From: an uncultured Planctomycetia bacterium
GTDB lineage: Bacteria > Planctomycetota > MHYJ01 > WSZJ01
Assembly (NCBI GenBank): GCA_963706735.1
Contig: CAVPNQ010000116.1
Coordinates: 2,704 to 66,703 of the forward strand
Direction: 5' to 3'
DNA length: 64,000 bases
Shown here: one piece after another, positions 34,975-44,700 of the stretch
Layout of the letters: the number at the start of each line of letters is the position of its first letter
How positions within the stretch are numbered: position 1 is the stretch's first letter
Position numbers and translations under genes: made by a program
The notes under the pieces: model-generated
What the model saw: the letters and a program-made list of their open reading frames with translations, nothing else
Databases searched by the model: none
What the model was told of the DNA's origin: nothing

Positions 34975-35826
34975 ATGATTTACGGAGCAGGCGTCGACGT
35001 CGGGTCCACGCAGACCAAGGCCGTCATCCTCGGCGACGGGCGCGAGATCGTCGCGCGCGCGCTCGCCATGACCGGCGCCAACGTGACGAAGGCTGCCGAA
35101 CGCACCTTCAACGAGGCCCTCGCCGCCTCCGGGCTCGCGCGCGAACAGGTCGGCTACATCATCGGCACCGGTTACGGCCGCTACAAGGTCACCTTCGGCG
35201 ACTCCCAGGTCACCGAGATCTCCTGCCACGCCCGCGGCGCCCACTTCATGTTCCCCGGCACCCGCACCGTCATCGACATCGGCGGCCAGGACACGAAGGC
35301 CATCCGTGTCGGCACCCAGGGCGAGGTCGTGGACTTCGCCATGAACGACAAGTGCGCCGCCGGCACCGGTCGATTCCTCTCCGCCTCCGCCGAGGTCCTC
35401 GACCTCCCCCTCGACAAAATCGGCGCCCTCTCCCTCGAGGGCAAGGACCCCGTCCGCCTCTCCACCGTCTGCACCGTTTTCGTCGAATCCGACATCATGT
35501 CCTACCTCGCGCAGAACAAGAAAGTCCCCGACATCCTCGCCGGCGTCCACCGCGCCATCGCGGCACGCACCATCTCCCTCCTCCAGCGCATCGGCATGGC
35601 CGCCGAGTACACCATGACCGGCGGCGTCGCCCGCAACGTCGGCATGGTCACCTGTCTCGAGGAAAAGCTGAAAGCCCCCCTCAACGTCAGCTCCGATTCC
35701 CACTTCATGGGCGCCATCGGCGCCGCCCTCTTCGCCCTCGAACGCGCCGAGCTCGCTTCGCGCGGCAAACGCGAGGCCGCCGTCATCGGCGGCTGGGAAG
35801 ACGGCAGCCAGGAGACGACAAAATGA
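34975..35826 (+). CDS. BcrAD/BadFG-type ATPase subunit (activase-like), copy 1
   Basis: [41 protein letters not shown] and TGGVARN are present. Confidence 0.85.
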   Translation: MIYGAGVDVGSTQTKAVILGDGREIVARALAMTGANVTKAAERTFNEALAASGLAREQVGYIIGTGYGRYKVTFGDSQVTEISCHARGAHFMFPGTRTVIDIGGQDTKAIRVGTQGEVVDFAMNDKCAAGTGRFLSASAEVLDLPLDKIGALSLEGKDPVRLSTVCTVFVESDIMSYLAQNKKVPDILAGVHRAIAARTISLLQRIGMAAEYTMTGGVARNVGMVTCLEEKLKAPLNVSSDSHFMGAIGAALFALERAELASRGKREAAVIGGWEDGSQETTK

Positions 35827-36614
35827 TCAGCGCCGGAATCGACCTGGGAAGCGGCTTCTCGAAGGCCCTCATCTACCGCGACGACGGCAAAGTCCTGGCG
35901 CGGGCGTTCGCGAAGACCCGCGCGGACTTCGACAAGGCCGCGCGCGAAGTCCTCGACGACGCCCTCGGGCAGGCGAAACTCACTCAATCCGACATCGCCT
36001 ACGTCTGCACCACCGGCCTCGGCCGCTACGCCGTCTCCTTCCGCGACATCCAGGTCACCGAAATCACCGCCGCCGCCCGCGGCGCCTGGACGCTCTTCAA
36101 CCAGGCCCAGTTCGTCCTGGACCTCGGCGCGCAGAGCACCCGCGCGATCCGGCTCCGCGACAACGGCAAGGTGAAGGAATTCCAGACGAACGAGAAGTGC
36201 GCCGCCGGCGGCGGAGCGTTCCTCGTCCGGGCCGCCAAGTACCTCGAAGTTCCGCTCGACTCCCTGGGCAAGCTCTCGATGGACGCGAAAGCCTCCCAGG
36301 CGATCTCGAGCGTCTGCGCCGTTCTCGCCGAGACCGAGATCATCAACCACGTTTCCGAGAACATCCCGATCGGCGACATCGCGCGCGGCATGCACGAATC
36401 GATGGCCGACCGCGCGATGGGCCTCCTCAAGAAGGTCGGCCTCAACGGCCCGCTCTGCCTCGTCGGCGGCGTGGCGATCCAGACCGGCTTCGTCGAGGCC
36501 TGCCGCCGGAAGTTCGGCGTGCCCCTCCTCGTCCCGGAGAATTCGCAATACGCCGCGGCGCTGGGCGCTGCCGTGCTGGGGATGCAGCGGGCGAAGAAGA
36601 GGGTGGCTGTTTAG
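35823..36614 (+). CDS. BcrAD/BadFG-type ATPase subunit, copy 2
   Basis: The ATGA start overlaps the previous stop. [35 protein letters not shown] and VGGVAIQ are present. Confidence 0.85.
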   Translation: MISAGIDLGSGFSKALIYRDDGKVLARAFAKTRADFDKAAREVLDDALGQAKLTQSDIAYVCTTGLGRYAVSFRDIQVTEITAAARGAWTLFNQAQFVLDLGAQSTRAIRLRDNGKVKEFQTNEKCAAGGGAFLVRAAKYLEVPLDSLGKLSMDAKASQAISSVCAVLAETEIINHVSENIPIGDIARGMHESMADRAMGLLKKVGLNGPLCLVGGVAIQTGFVEACRRKFGVPLLVPENSQYAAALGAAVLGMQRAKKRVAV

Positions 36615-36814
36615 GTAGGAAGGCTGGCGAAGGCTGGCGAAGGCGTGCGAAGGCTGGCGAAGGCTGGCTAAAGGCTGCCTGAGGCCAAGCTGGGCGGGCC
36701 GTAGCCCCAAAGCGTCCCGACTTGTCTTCCAGTCGACTGACTCCAGCCAAGCTTGCGAGTGTTCCTTCTGCCAGCCTTCGCACGCCTTCGCACGCCTTCG
36801 CCAGCCTTCCCTAC
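36615..36814. repeat. long hairpin whose arms are 10-nt tandem repeats
   Basis: AGGCTGGCGA-type units occur 5 times at 36621-36670. They are mirrored by GCCTTCGCAC-type units at 36774-36808. The element sits between two convergent stop codons. Confidence 0.8.
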
Positions 36815-37845
36815 TTCCCCGGTATGACCACGCTCCTCACGCTCTTCCCCGCTCTCAGCTCGTCAAACGCCTCGTTCACTTTCTCCAGCGGCCGGCGCGA
36901 CGTCACCAGCGGGCCGAGCTTGTACTGGCCGCTTGCGCACATGGCGAGGACGCGCGGGAAGTCGACGGGACGGCAGCCGAGGGAGCCGACGACGTCCTGC
37001 TCCATGAACATGATCTTGCCGGCAAGCATCTCGACCGGCTTGTCCGCGAAGCCGACGATGCAGAGGCGGCCGCCGGCGCGGATCGAGTTGTGGGCGATGG
37101 GAATGACCTTGTGGCTGCCGATGCACTCCATGGCCTTGTCCACCCCGCCGCCAGTCTTCTTCTTGATCGTCTTGGCCACCTCGGGATCCTTCCCGTCGAT
37201 CGTGTCCGCCGCGCCCAGCTGCTTTGCCAGGACCAGCTTGGCCGGATCGAGGTCCACCGCGATGACGTGCGCGCCCGCAATCGCCGCGAACTGCACCGCC
37301 GACAGGCCGACGCCGCCGCAGCCGAAGATCGCCACCGTCTCGCCCGCACGGATCTGCGCCCGGTGCACCACCGCGTGGTACGCCGTCGTCACCGCGTCCG
37401 CCACGATCGAGGCCTCCACCGGGTCGAGGCCGGCGGGAAGCGGAATCAGGTCGCGCGCCCGCACGCACACGTACTCCGCGAACGCCCCGTCAATGTGGTT
37501 CCCCAGCATCTGCATCTTCTCGCAGATGTTCGACCGCCCCGTCCGGCAGAGCGTGCACTCCCCGCACGTCAGCACCGCGGGGACCAGCACCGCCTGCCCG
37601 ATCTTCAGATTCGCAACCCCCGCCCCCAGCGCGTCGATGTGCCCCGCCGGCTCGTGCCCCAGGATGATCGGCGGCTTCTTGAACGTCGGCACCCCATGAT
37701 CCAGGTAGTGCAGGTCCGTATGGCACAGCCCGCACGCCGCCACCTTCACCCGCGCTTCCCCCGCCGCAGGCTCCGGCACCGGCACGTCCTTGATCTCCAG
37801 CCCCTTGGCCCCCGCGAAGTACACCCCCGCCTTCATCGTCGCCAT
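36811..37845 (-). CDS. Zn-dependent alcohol dehydrogenase family (6-hydroxycyclohex-1-ene-1-carbonyl-CoA dehydrogenase/Had-like by context)
   Basis: CGLCHTDLH, GHEPAG, CGECTLCRTG and GCGGVGLSAVQ are present. The start MATMKAG overlaps the upstream stop (TAATG). Confidence 0.8.
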   Translation of the reverse strand: MATMKAGVYFAGAKGLEIKDVPVPEPAAGEARVKVAACGLCHTDLHYLDHGVPTFKKPPIILGHEPAGHIDALGAGVANLKIGQAVLVPAVLTCGECTLCRTGRSNICEKMQMLGNHIDGAFAEYVCVRARDLIPLPAGLDPVEASIVADAVTTAYHAVVHRAQIRAGETVAIFGCGGVGLSAVQFAAIAGAHVIAVDLDPAKLVLAKQLGAADTIDGKDPEVAKTIKKKTGGGVDKAMECIGSHKVIPIAHNSIRAGGRLCIVGFADKPVEMLAGKIMFMEQDVVGSLGCRPVDFPRVLAMCASGQYKLGPLVTSRRPLEKVNEAFDELRAGKSVRSVVIPGK

Positions 37846-38603
37846 TACGCGTCCTCCCACTTCGGTTTCCGTTTCTCCAGGAATGCCTTCAGCCCCTCGG
37901 CGTTGTCCTTCGAGGGAAGCGTTTTTTCGAGGTACGTCCGGCACGCCGCGGCATAGGCCGCGCGGCGGTTCGGGGCGGAAGCGGCTTCCCGGAGGCCCGT
38001 CTTGGCGGCGCCGAGGGCGGCGCCGGAGAAGCCGGCCAGTTTCGCGACCAGCGCTTCGACCTTCGCGTCGAGTTCCGCGTCCGGCGCGGAGTCGTTCACG
38101 AGCCCCCAGGCCGCAGCCTCTTTGCCGCTCAGCGTGCGGCCCGTGTAGACGAGTTCGGCCGCGCGCGCGACGCCGATGCGGGCCGGCAGGTCCACCGCCG
38201 CGGCGGGCGGAAAAACGCCGAGCGTGATCTCCGGGACGCCGAGCTTCGCTTCGTCCGCCGCCAGCACGAGGTCGCACGCCGCGGCGAGTTCCAGACCCGC
38301 GCCGAGGCACGCGCCGCGCGCCACGGCAACGATCGGCACCGGCGCTTCCGCGATGGAATTGAGCAGCCCCTGCAGCGTCTCGAGCAGCCCGGGGCCCTTG
38401 TCCGGGAAGTGTTCGCTGATATCGGCGCCCGCGGAGAGGTGCTTCCCTGCCCCGCGCAGCACGGCCACGCGGTCGGCGGGCTTGAGCGACCGGAATGCGC
38501 CGGTGAGTTCCTGCATCGCCGCGCAGGTCAGGATGTTGAGCGGCGGGTTCGCGAGCGTGACGTGCGCCGCGCCGCCCTTCCGTTCGACGGTGACAAGGCT
38601 CAT
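37845..38603 (-). CDS. enoyl-CoA hydratase/crotonase (dienoyl-CoA hydratase/Dch-like by context)
   Basis: VTLANPPLN, LRGAGKHLSAGADI, ARGACLGAGLELAAACD and GVPEITLGVFP are present. The ATGA start overlaps the SDR stop. Confidence 0.75.
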   Translation of the reverse strand: MSLVTVERKGGAAHVTLANPPLNILTCAAMQELTGAFRSLKPADRVAVLRGAGKHLSAGADISEHFPDKGPGLLETLQGLLNSIAEAPVPIVAVARGACLGAGLELAAACDLVLAADEAKLGVPEITLGVFPPAAAVDLPARIGVARAAELVYTGRTLSGKEAAAWGLVNDSAPDAELDAKVEALVAKLAGFSGAALGAAKTGLREAASAPNRRAAYAAACRTYLEKTLPSKDNAEGLKAFLEKRKPKWEDA

Positions 38604-39319
38604 GCGAGCTGACCTCCATCCACGCGGATGACCTCGCCGGAAATGTGGCGCGAGCCGGGCGCGCACAGGAACGCGACGACTTCGGCGACGTCCTCGGGCG
38701 TGGCGATGCGCCCCAGGGCGGTTTCCTCCGCGAGCTTCTTCTTCGTCTCGGGCGGGACGTCCTTCGTGAGTTGCGTCTCGACCAGCCCGGGCGCGACCGC
38801 GTTCACGTTGATCCCGTCGCGGCCGAGGTCTCGCGCGGCCCCGCGCGTGAGCCCGATCAGCCCTGCCTTCGCGGCCGCGTACGCCGCCGTGCCGCGACGC
38901 GCCCGCAGCGCCAGGGTCGAAGCGATATTCACGATCCGTCCGCCGCCGGCGGCGGTCATGGCGGGGGCGACCTCGCGGATGAAGACGTACGCGCCGGTCA
39001 GGTCCACGCCGATCGTCGCGTCCCAGTGCTCCTGCGACAGGCGCGGAAGCGGCCCGCCCAGGGAGATCCCGGCGCAGTTCACGAGCGCCTTCACCGGCGC
39101 GCCGCGCGCGGTCAGCCACGCCACGGCCTTCTGCGCCGTCGCCGCTTCCCGCACGTCGCCCTTCACCGCCGCGTTTCCGGCCACGTCCACCACGCAGACG
39201 AAGTACCCGTCCCGCTCGAGACACCGCGAGATCGCCGCGCCGATCCCGGCCGCGCCGCCCGTCACGATGGCGCCGCGCGCCGACGATTTTGCCGGCCGCT
39301 TATTTCCCCGTGACGGCAT
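38600..39319 (-). CDS. short-chain dehydrogenase/reductase (FabG-like)
   Basis: TGGAAGIG, NCAG, the YAAAKAG catalytic motif, and a PG..T tail are present. Confidence 0.8.
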   Translation of the reverse strand: MPSRGNKRPAKSSARGAIVTGGAAGIGAAISRCLERDGYFVCVVDVAGNAAVKGDVREAATAQKAVAWLTARGAPVKALVNCAGISLGGPLPRLSQEHWDATIGVDLTGAYVFIREVAPAMTAAGGGRIVNIASTLALRARRGTAAYAAAKAGLIGLTRGAARDLGRDGINVNAVAPGLVETQLTKDVPPETKKKLAEETALGRIATPEDVAEVVAFLCAPGSRHISGEVIRVDGGQLA

Positions 39320-40349
39320 GGCCGCACGCTCCGCAGAACTTGAAGCCGGCCGGCATGCCCTTGGTCCCGCACTTCGGGCAGTCCGCCGACGGCGGCCCGA
39401 AGGGGTACTCGGGCGAATCGTCGTTCGCCCACTTCTCCCGCATCTTCCCCCAGTTGGTCTTGCGCTTCTCGGAGAACGCCCGCATGCCTTCCTGCGGCTC
39501 GGGCGAAGTGAAGTGCAGCGCGAGCCAGTCCTGCGCGTGGCCGACGGTCGCGTGCCAGACCGCTTCCTTGTTCTGGTTCACCTGCACCTTGGTGTAGCGC
39601 AGGCACTCGGGGAACTTGTCCTTGAGGTTGGCGACGTACTCGGCGACTTTCGCGTCGAGCTGCGAGAGGTCGATCGCCCAGCCTTCCTTCTTGTCCGCGG
39701 CCATCTTGACCTGGGTCTCGGTCGGGTTTTCGACGAACTTTCCGTCCTTCGTCACGCTGGGTGCGACCGCGTTGACGAGCCCCCACTCCAGCGCTTTCCG
39801 CGCGGGGATTTTCGGGTTCATCATGAGCATCTCGCGCGCCCGCCGGTCGCCCACGACCATCGGCAGCCACTGCGTCGCGCCGCCGCACGCCACCGACCCG
39901 ACGCTCGTCCCCACCTGCCCGACCCATGCGTGCTCCGCGATGACCGCCAGGTCGCACGCCAGCTGCGACTCGTTCCCGCCGCCGGCCGCCATCCCGTTGA
40001 TCCGCGCGATCACCGGCTTCGGGCAGTGCATGATCGCCTCGAGATACGCCCGGAACAGGCTCATGTACTTCCAGTACTCCCGCGGCTTCTTCACGTAGAT
40101 GTCCGCGTACTCCTTCACGTCCCCGCCGGTGCAGAACGCCTTCTCCCCGGCCCCCGTGTACACCACCGCCGCCACCCGGTCGTCCCACCCGGCATCCTCG
40201 AACGCCCGCGCCAGCTCCCTCAGCGCACCCGTCGAGTACGCGTTGTAGTTCTGCGGCCGGTTGATCGTGATCGTCGCCACCCCGTCCTTCTTCACGTACA
40301 GGATTTCCTTGAACGAGGCGCCGTCGCCGAGCGGTTTGAATTCGTTCAT
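39300..40349 (-). CDS. MenB/Oah-type crotonase (6-oxocyclohex-1-ene-1-carbonyl-CoA hydrolase-like by context) with a C-terminal zinc-ribbon tail
   Basis: ILYVKKDGVATITINRPQNYNAYS, YTGAGEKAFCTGGD and INGMAAGGGNESQLACD are present. The tail is CPKCGTKGMPAGFKFCGACGH. Confidence 0.7.
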   Translation of the reverse strand: MNEFKPLGDGASFKEILYVKKDGVATITINRPQNYNAYSTGALRELARAFEDAGWDDRVAAVVYTGAGEKAFCTGGDVKEYADIYVKKPREYWKYMSLFRAYLEAIMHCPKPVIARINGMAAGGGNESQLACDLAVIAEHAWVGQVGTSVGSVACGGATQWLPMVVGDRRAREMLMMNPKIPARKALEWGLVNAVAPSVTKDGKFVENPTETQVKMAADKKEGWAIDLSQLDAKVAEYVANLKDKFPECLRYTKVQVNQNKEAVWHATVGHAQDWLALHFTSPEPQEGMRAFSEKRKTNWGKMREKWANDDSPEYPFGPPSADCPKCGTKGMPAGFKFCGACGHAVTGK

Positions 40350-40524
40350 CGTATTAACCAATCCCCGAAGCGGTTGGGAAGACAGGAAGAGCCGTTCCCG
40401 GAATGGGCGCAAATTACGCGCCTGTGGGCCCCCTTGCGCAGCCTGCCCCTTCCCGCCCAACCCGCCGTTGAAGTTCACGCACTTCTGGGGCACACTCCGC
40501 ACCTCACCCTTTCCTGGAGCCCCC

Positions 40525-41427
40525 ATGCGATTCCTGCTGGCCGCCACCGCGGCCCTCTTCGCCACCGCGCTTCTCGCGCGCGCCGGCGACAGCGGCTGGA
40601 CGGAGATCGGCGTCGACGACCTCGACATCGCGATCCGTTCCGGCGAAGTCAACGTGTACGACACCAATCCAAAGCGAGTCTGGGAGAAGCGCCGCGTGAC
40701 GAGCGCGACGTGGCTCGACGCGAAGAAGTTCACCGCCGACGACCTTCCGAAGGACAAGGCGGCGATGCTCGCGTTCTACTGCATGAACGAGAACTGACAC
40801 ACGTGCCACCGGGCAGCCGACCGTGCCGTCGGCTTCGGTTACACGAACGTGCGCGTGTTCGCCGTGGGGCTTGAAGGATGGGAAAAGGCCGGCAAATCGA
40901 GCGCGCCCGACGCGGGCGTCCAGAAGGAGGAAGAAGTGCTTGGATTCACGATGAAGGGCATCGACGGCAAGGACGTGAAGCTCGCGGACTACAAGGGCAA
41001 GGTCGTGCTGCTGGTGAACGTGGCCTCGAAGTGCGGGTACACGAAGCAGTACGCGGACCTGGAGGCACAGTACGGCAAGTACAAGGAGAAGGGGTTCGTG
41101 GTGATCGGGATCCCGGCGAACGAATTCGGCGCGCAGGAGCCGGGGACGGACGAGGAGATCAAGAAGTTCTGCGAGACGACGTACTCGGTGACGTTCCCGA
41201 TGCTGTCGAAGGTGGTGGTTAAGGGCGACGGGATCTGCCCGCTGTACAAGTTCCTCACCGAGGAGAAGACGAACCCGGGATTCGCGGGCGAGATCAAGTG
41301 GAACTTCACGAAGTTCCTGGTGAGCCGCGAGGGGAAGGTCGTGAAGCGGATGGACTCGAAGGCCCGCGTGACGGACGAGGATGCGGTGAAGGCGATCGAG
41401 GCGGAGCTGGAGAAGAAGGCGAAGTAG
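40525..41427 (+). CDS. candidate selenoprotein: exported rhodanese-like domain with an in-frame TGA (40795-40797), continuing in frame into glutathione peroxidase. The alternative is a disrupted rhodanese gene.
   Basis: The same reading frame is open on both sides of the TGA. FYCMNEN-TGA-HTCHRAADRAVGFGYTNVRVFAVGLEGWEKAG completes a rhodanese fold. A GC hairpin starts 18 nt after the TGA. Confidence 0.35.
40936..41427 (+). CDS. glutathione peroxidase (Cys type), possible independent start
   Basis: AGGAGG lies 5 nt before the GTG at 40936. KGKVVLLVNVASKCGYTKQY, GFVVIGIPANEFGAQEPG and KWNFTKFLV are present. Confidence 0.8.
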   Translation: MLGFTMKGIDGKDVKLADYKGKVVLLVNVASKCGYTKQYADLEAQYGKYKEKGFVVIGIPANEFGAQEPGTDEEIKKFCETTYSVTFPMLSKVVVKGDGICPLYKFLTEEKTNPGFAGEIKWNFTKFLVSREGKVVKRMDSKARVTDEDAVKAIEAELEKKAK

Positions 41428-41453
41428 GGATTGAGGAGAAACGGACGACTCGA

Positions 41454-41485
41454 GCGGGCCCGGGAATCTCCGGGCCCGCTTTTTT
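41454..41485 (+). terminator. rho-independent terminator
   Basis: GCGGGCCCGG-GAATCT-CCGGGCCCGC is followed by TTTTTT. Confidence 0.8.
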
Positions 41486-41746
41486 GTCCTGATTGGGTCA
41501 CCGAAATGTAACGAAGGGATTCCCCGGTAACAGGATTCGGGGCATTTCCAGAACGGAACAACGCCACAAAGCCTTTGCGCTGATTTACTTATACAAAGAT
41601 TAACCTTCTTCATCTTTCGGCCCACGGCTTGCAACCTCCGGTTTTCCGTCCGCGTGTCCCGTCTGCACAAACCCCGCGACGACCCCGACCGGAGGCAATC
41701 CGGGAAGGTTCGGCGCCACCGATGTTTTTATTTCGGAGCCTCGACC

Positions 41747-44700
41747 ATGCGCATTTCCCGCCGCTTCAACAATCGCGGCTTTGTGATCCTCGTCGCGCTC
41801 GGCGTCCTGGGCATCCTCGGCCTCCTCGCCGCGGCCTTCGCCACGATGTCGCGCGTCGAGAAGTCGGCGTCCTCTTCCTACGTGGACAAGGTCCGCGCCC
41901 GCCTCCTCGCCGAATCCGGCGTCGAGCGCGCCCTGGCCTCGATCCGCGCCCGCACGCAGATCCAGGCGTGGGACGACGCGCGCAACGACTGGTACTACCG
42001 CGAAATGCTGAACGCGCCGGTCGGGACGCTCACCTACTCCCCCGCCGCGATCGCCGCGCTGGGCGGATACACGCCGAAGCGCGCCTACGGCACGCCGCCG
42101 CGGCGTCTCGAGCAGGTCTGCGACGAAGCGATACTCAGCAGCGCGGTGACCGGGCTCTCCTTCGTGGACGCCTCCCGCCCCTGGATGAGCGGCGGCATGC
42201 CGGGCACCTACGAGCTCGACGGCGACACCTACGCCGTCAAGGCCCTGGACTGCGCTTCCATGCTGTTCGTCAATGACCAGAACCCCCAGATCAAGCGCCT
42301 CCTCAACAACCTCGGCTCGATCATGAGCCTCGACGCCGGTCTCCCGACGCCGTTCAAGCTGGGCGACGAGATCGTCGCGGTCGCCAAGCTGCGGAACCGG
42401 CCGTTCGCGCACAAGGGCGAGGTCCTCGACCTCGTGTTCGTCCCGAAGCTCGGCGCCGTCGAGGCCCGCGCGCGATTCGACAAGGTCCGCGACTTCATCA
42501 CCTGCCACGGATGGGTGGACTACACGACGATGCATTTCGGCCCCAAGCCGGTCGGATTCGCCGCGTCCGCGCCTCCCACCCCGGCCGACATCATCGATCG
42601 CGGCGGCGTCGTGACGCAATTCGTCCCCGCCTCGGGCTCCGCCACCACGGCCGCCAAGTTCGGCGGCAACAACCAGTGGAAAGAGCCGCGCGCGCCGATC
42701 AACGTCAACACGGCGAGCCGCGAAGTGCTGGTCGCGATGCTCTGGGGGCTGACGGCTAAGTTCGTGGACTACGATCACGCGAGCGGCCACCTGGTGACGC
42801 GCGACATCACGATCTCCCAGGCCAACGCCGAGGCCGCGGCCGATCACATCATCGCCGCCCGGTTCTCCTTCGGCACGCCCGCCGGCGCCTGGTCCTTCAA
42901 CGACTGGATGCACTTCCGCTCCGAGGTCATCGACACGATCCCCGGCCTCGACCGCTTCCAGCGCGCCCTGATCCACGCCAACGGCAACCCGAACACGGAC
43001 ATCCGCAAGCTCAACCCGGACCTGCTTCTGGTGGACCCGAATCCGCTGACCGAATCGGTGGACCTCGTGCGCCTCGACAAGTCCGACATCACGCAGAAAT
43101 CCACCGAGTGGACGTTCTCGTCGATGGGCCTGTTCGAGATCGAGTCCCTCGGCCGCGTCACGGCGGGCGGGAAGCTCCTCGCGGAAGAGAAAGTCACGAC
43201 GGTCGTGAAAGTCTTCGACGCGCTGCGCTTCACGACGCAGGAACAGTTCGAGAAGGACCGGAGCTGGACGAACGACGACCCGGCGAAGACGGAGGGCAAC
43301 CTCTACTCGGACGGATTTCCCCCGGTCGTCTCGATGCCGGAGTACCCGTACAACAACCCGAAGCTGATTCCCAGCCCGCGGTACAAGAGCGCTTCCGGCG
43401 ACCTGGCCTGGGCGTCCGACTATGACGGCTACCTCACGCTGAACGGCCCCGCCAACGTCATGGCCGGCCAGACGCCGACCGACTTCAACACGTCCGCCGC
43501 CAAAATGTGCCGCAAGCCGCACGGGGGCTGGCCCGCCAACTGCCCGTCGTGGGCCGTGCTTCCCAACGAGTCCGGCATCGACTGCAAGGTCAGCGGCGTC
43601 TGGGGATTCAACCTCGGCAAGCTCGGGCCCAACCAGTCCCACGCCAACGTCCCTTCCAATACCCAGAAACACGTCCTCCCCGCTCCCACCAACCCGGAGT
43701 ACACCTACGCGTCCCCGAACTGCGAGGGCGTCAAGGTCACCAACTCCCCCGCCAACTCGCTGTCCTCCGATACCGAATACTCCTCGGCCTGGGGCATCGC
43801 TCCCAAGCGCCCCTACCAGATCCAGCCCGGCGGCGCCCTCAACGCCATCGCTACGGGCTTCTTCGAGGACGGCGCCGATATCCAGCCCTTCGGCCTCTAC
43901 GTGAACTACCTCAAGCGCCGCCGGTTCCACACGATCTGGGGCGATGAACTCCCCACCGCTCGCTTCACCGTCGAGTTCGCCTACAAGCCCGAGGTCGATC
44001 ACTGGGAATGGGGGAAGGGTCTCGCGCAGACTCCCGCGGCCAAGGCGGCCAACGCCGGGCCGGTCTCGAAGATGCACCTCTGGGGGCTGGGCGCCGCGAC
44101 GCACGGGACGAACTACGAGCAGTGGGTTTACGTCCAGGGATCGCGCATCTTCTACGACCTGTACTACGGCGGGCAGCACTACGTGATGTACGCCGACCAC
44201 GACTTCCGGGCGCACACCTGGCACCACATCGAGTTCAGCGTGATCGATGGCCAGTCGAAAACGCTCGCGGACGGGTCCACCGTCTTCGTGCCGCCCAACG
44301 CCATGCTCTTCGTGGACGGCAAGCCCGCTTCCGGCATCGTCGGCGCCGGTGAGGACGTGAACACCAAGCTCGGCAAGGCCGTCTTCGACGTCAAGGCGAT
44401 GGCCCTCCCCGTCCCGTTCATCGGCGTCTACCCGAACAACGACTGGGGCGTCGGCCCGCGCATGGAAATCGGAAGCAAGCTGCAGAACACGATGGACGGA
44501 TTCGGCATGAGCCAGCCCTCCACCATCGGCACCATCGATAACCTCGTCATCCACCACTGGCGCAGCCACGAGTCCGCCTTCACCCCCCGGAACCGCTTCC
44601 ACAGCATGTCCTACTACGACGGGACGACGTTCAAGAGCGGGAAGGGCTACAAGGGAGAGAAGGCGGGGGTCTACAAGAAGCGGCTGGCGGCGGTGGAGGC

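Noticed and set aside
36621-36670. Possible CRISPR array or other repeat array (10-nt periodic repeats). The same question applies to 14664-14764 and 3823-3921.
   Set aside because: The units are only 6-10 nt, directly abutting with no spacers. They are mirrored by a complementary arm, so they are hairpin arms and not CRISPR repeats. No cas genes are present.
38600-39319. The 20-nt overlap between the SDR start and the Oah-like stop, considered as evidence of a frameshift or fusion.
   Set aside because: Both ORFs are complete with intact family motifs. Short overlaps are common in this operon (ATGA and TAATG junctions). The alternative is a slightly downstream SDR start.
40990-41010. Selenocysteine in the glutathione peroxidase active site.
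   Set aside because: The catalytic position reads NVASKCGYT with a TGC Cys codon. The only in-frame TGA is upstream, in the rhodanese-like part.
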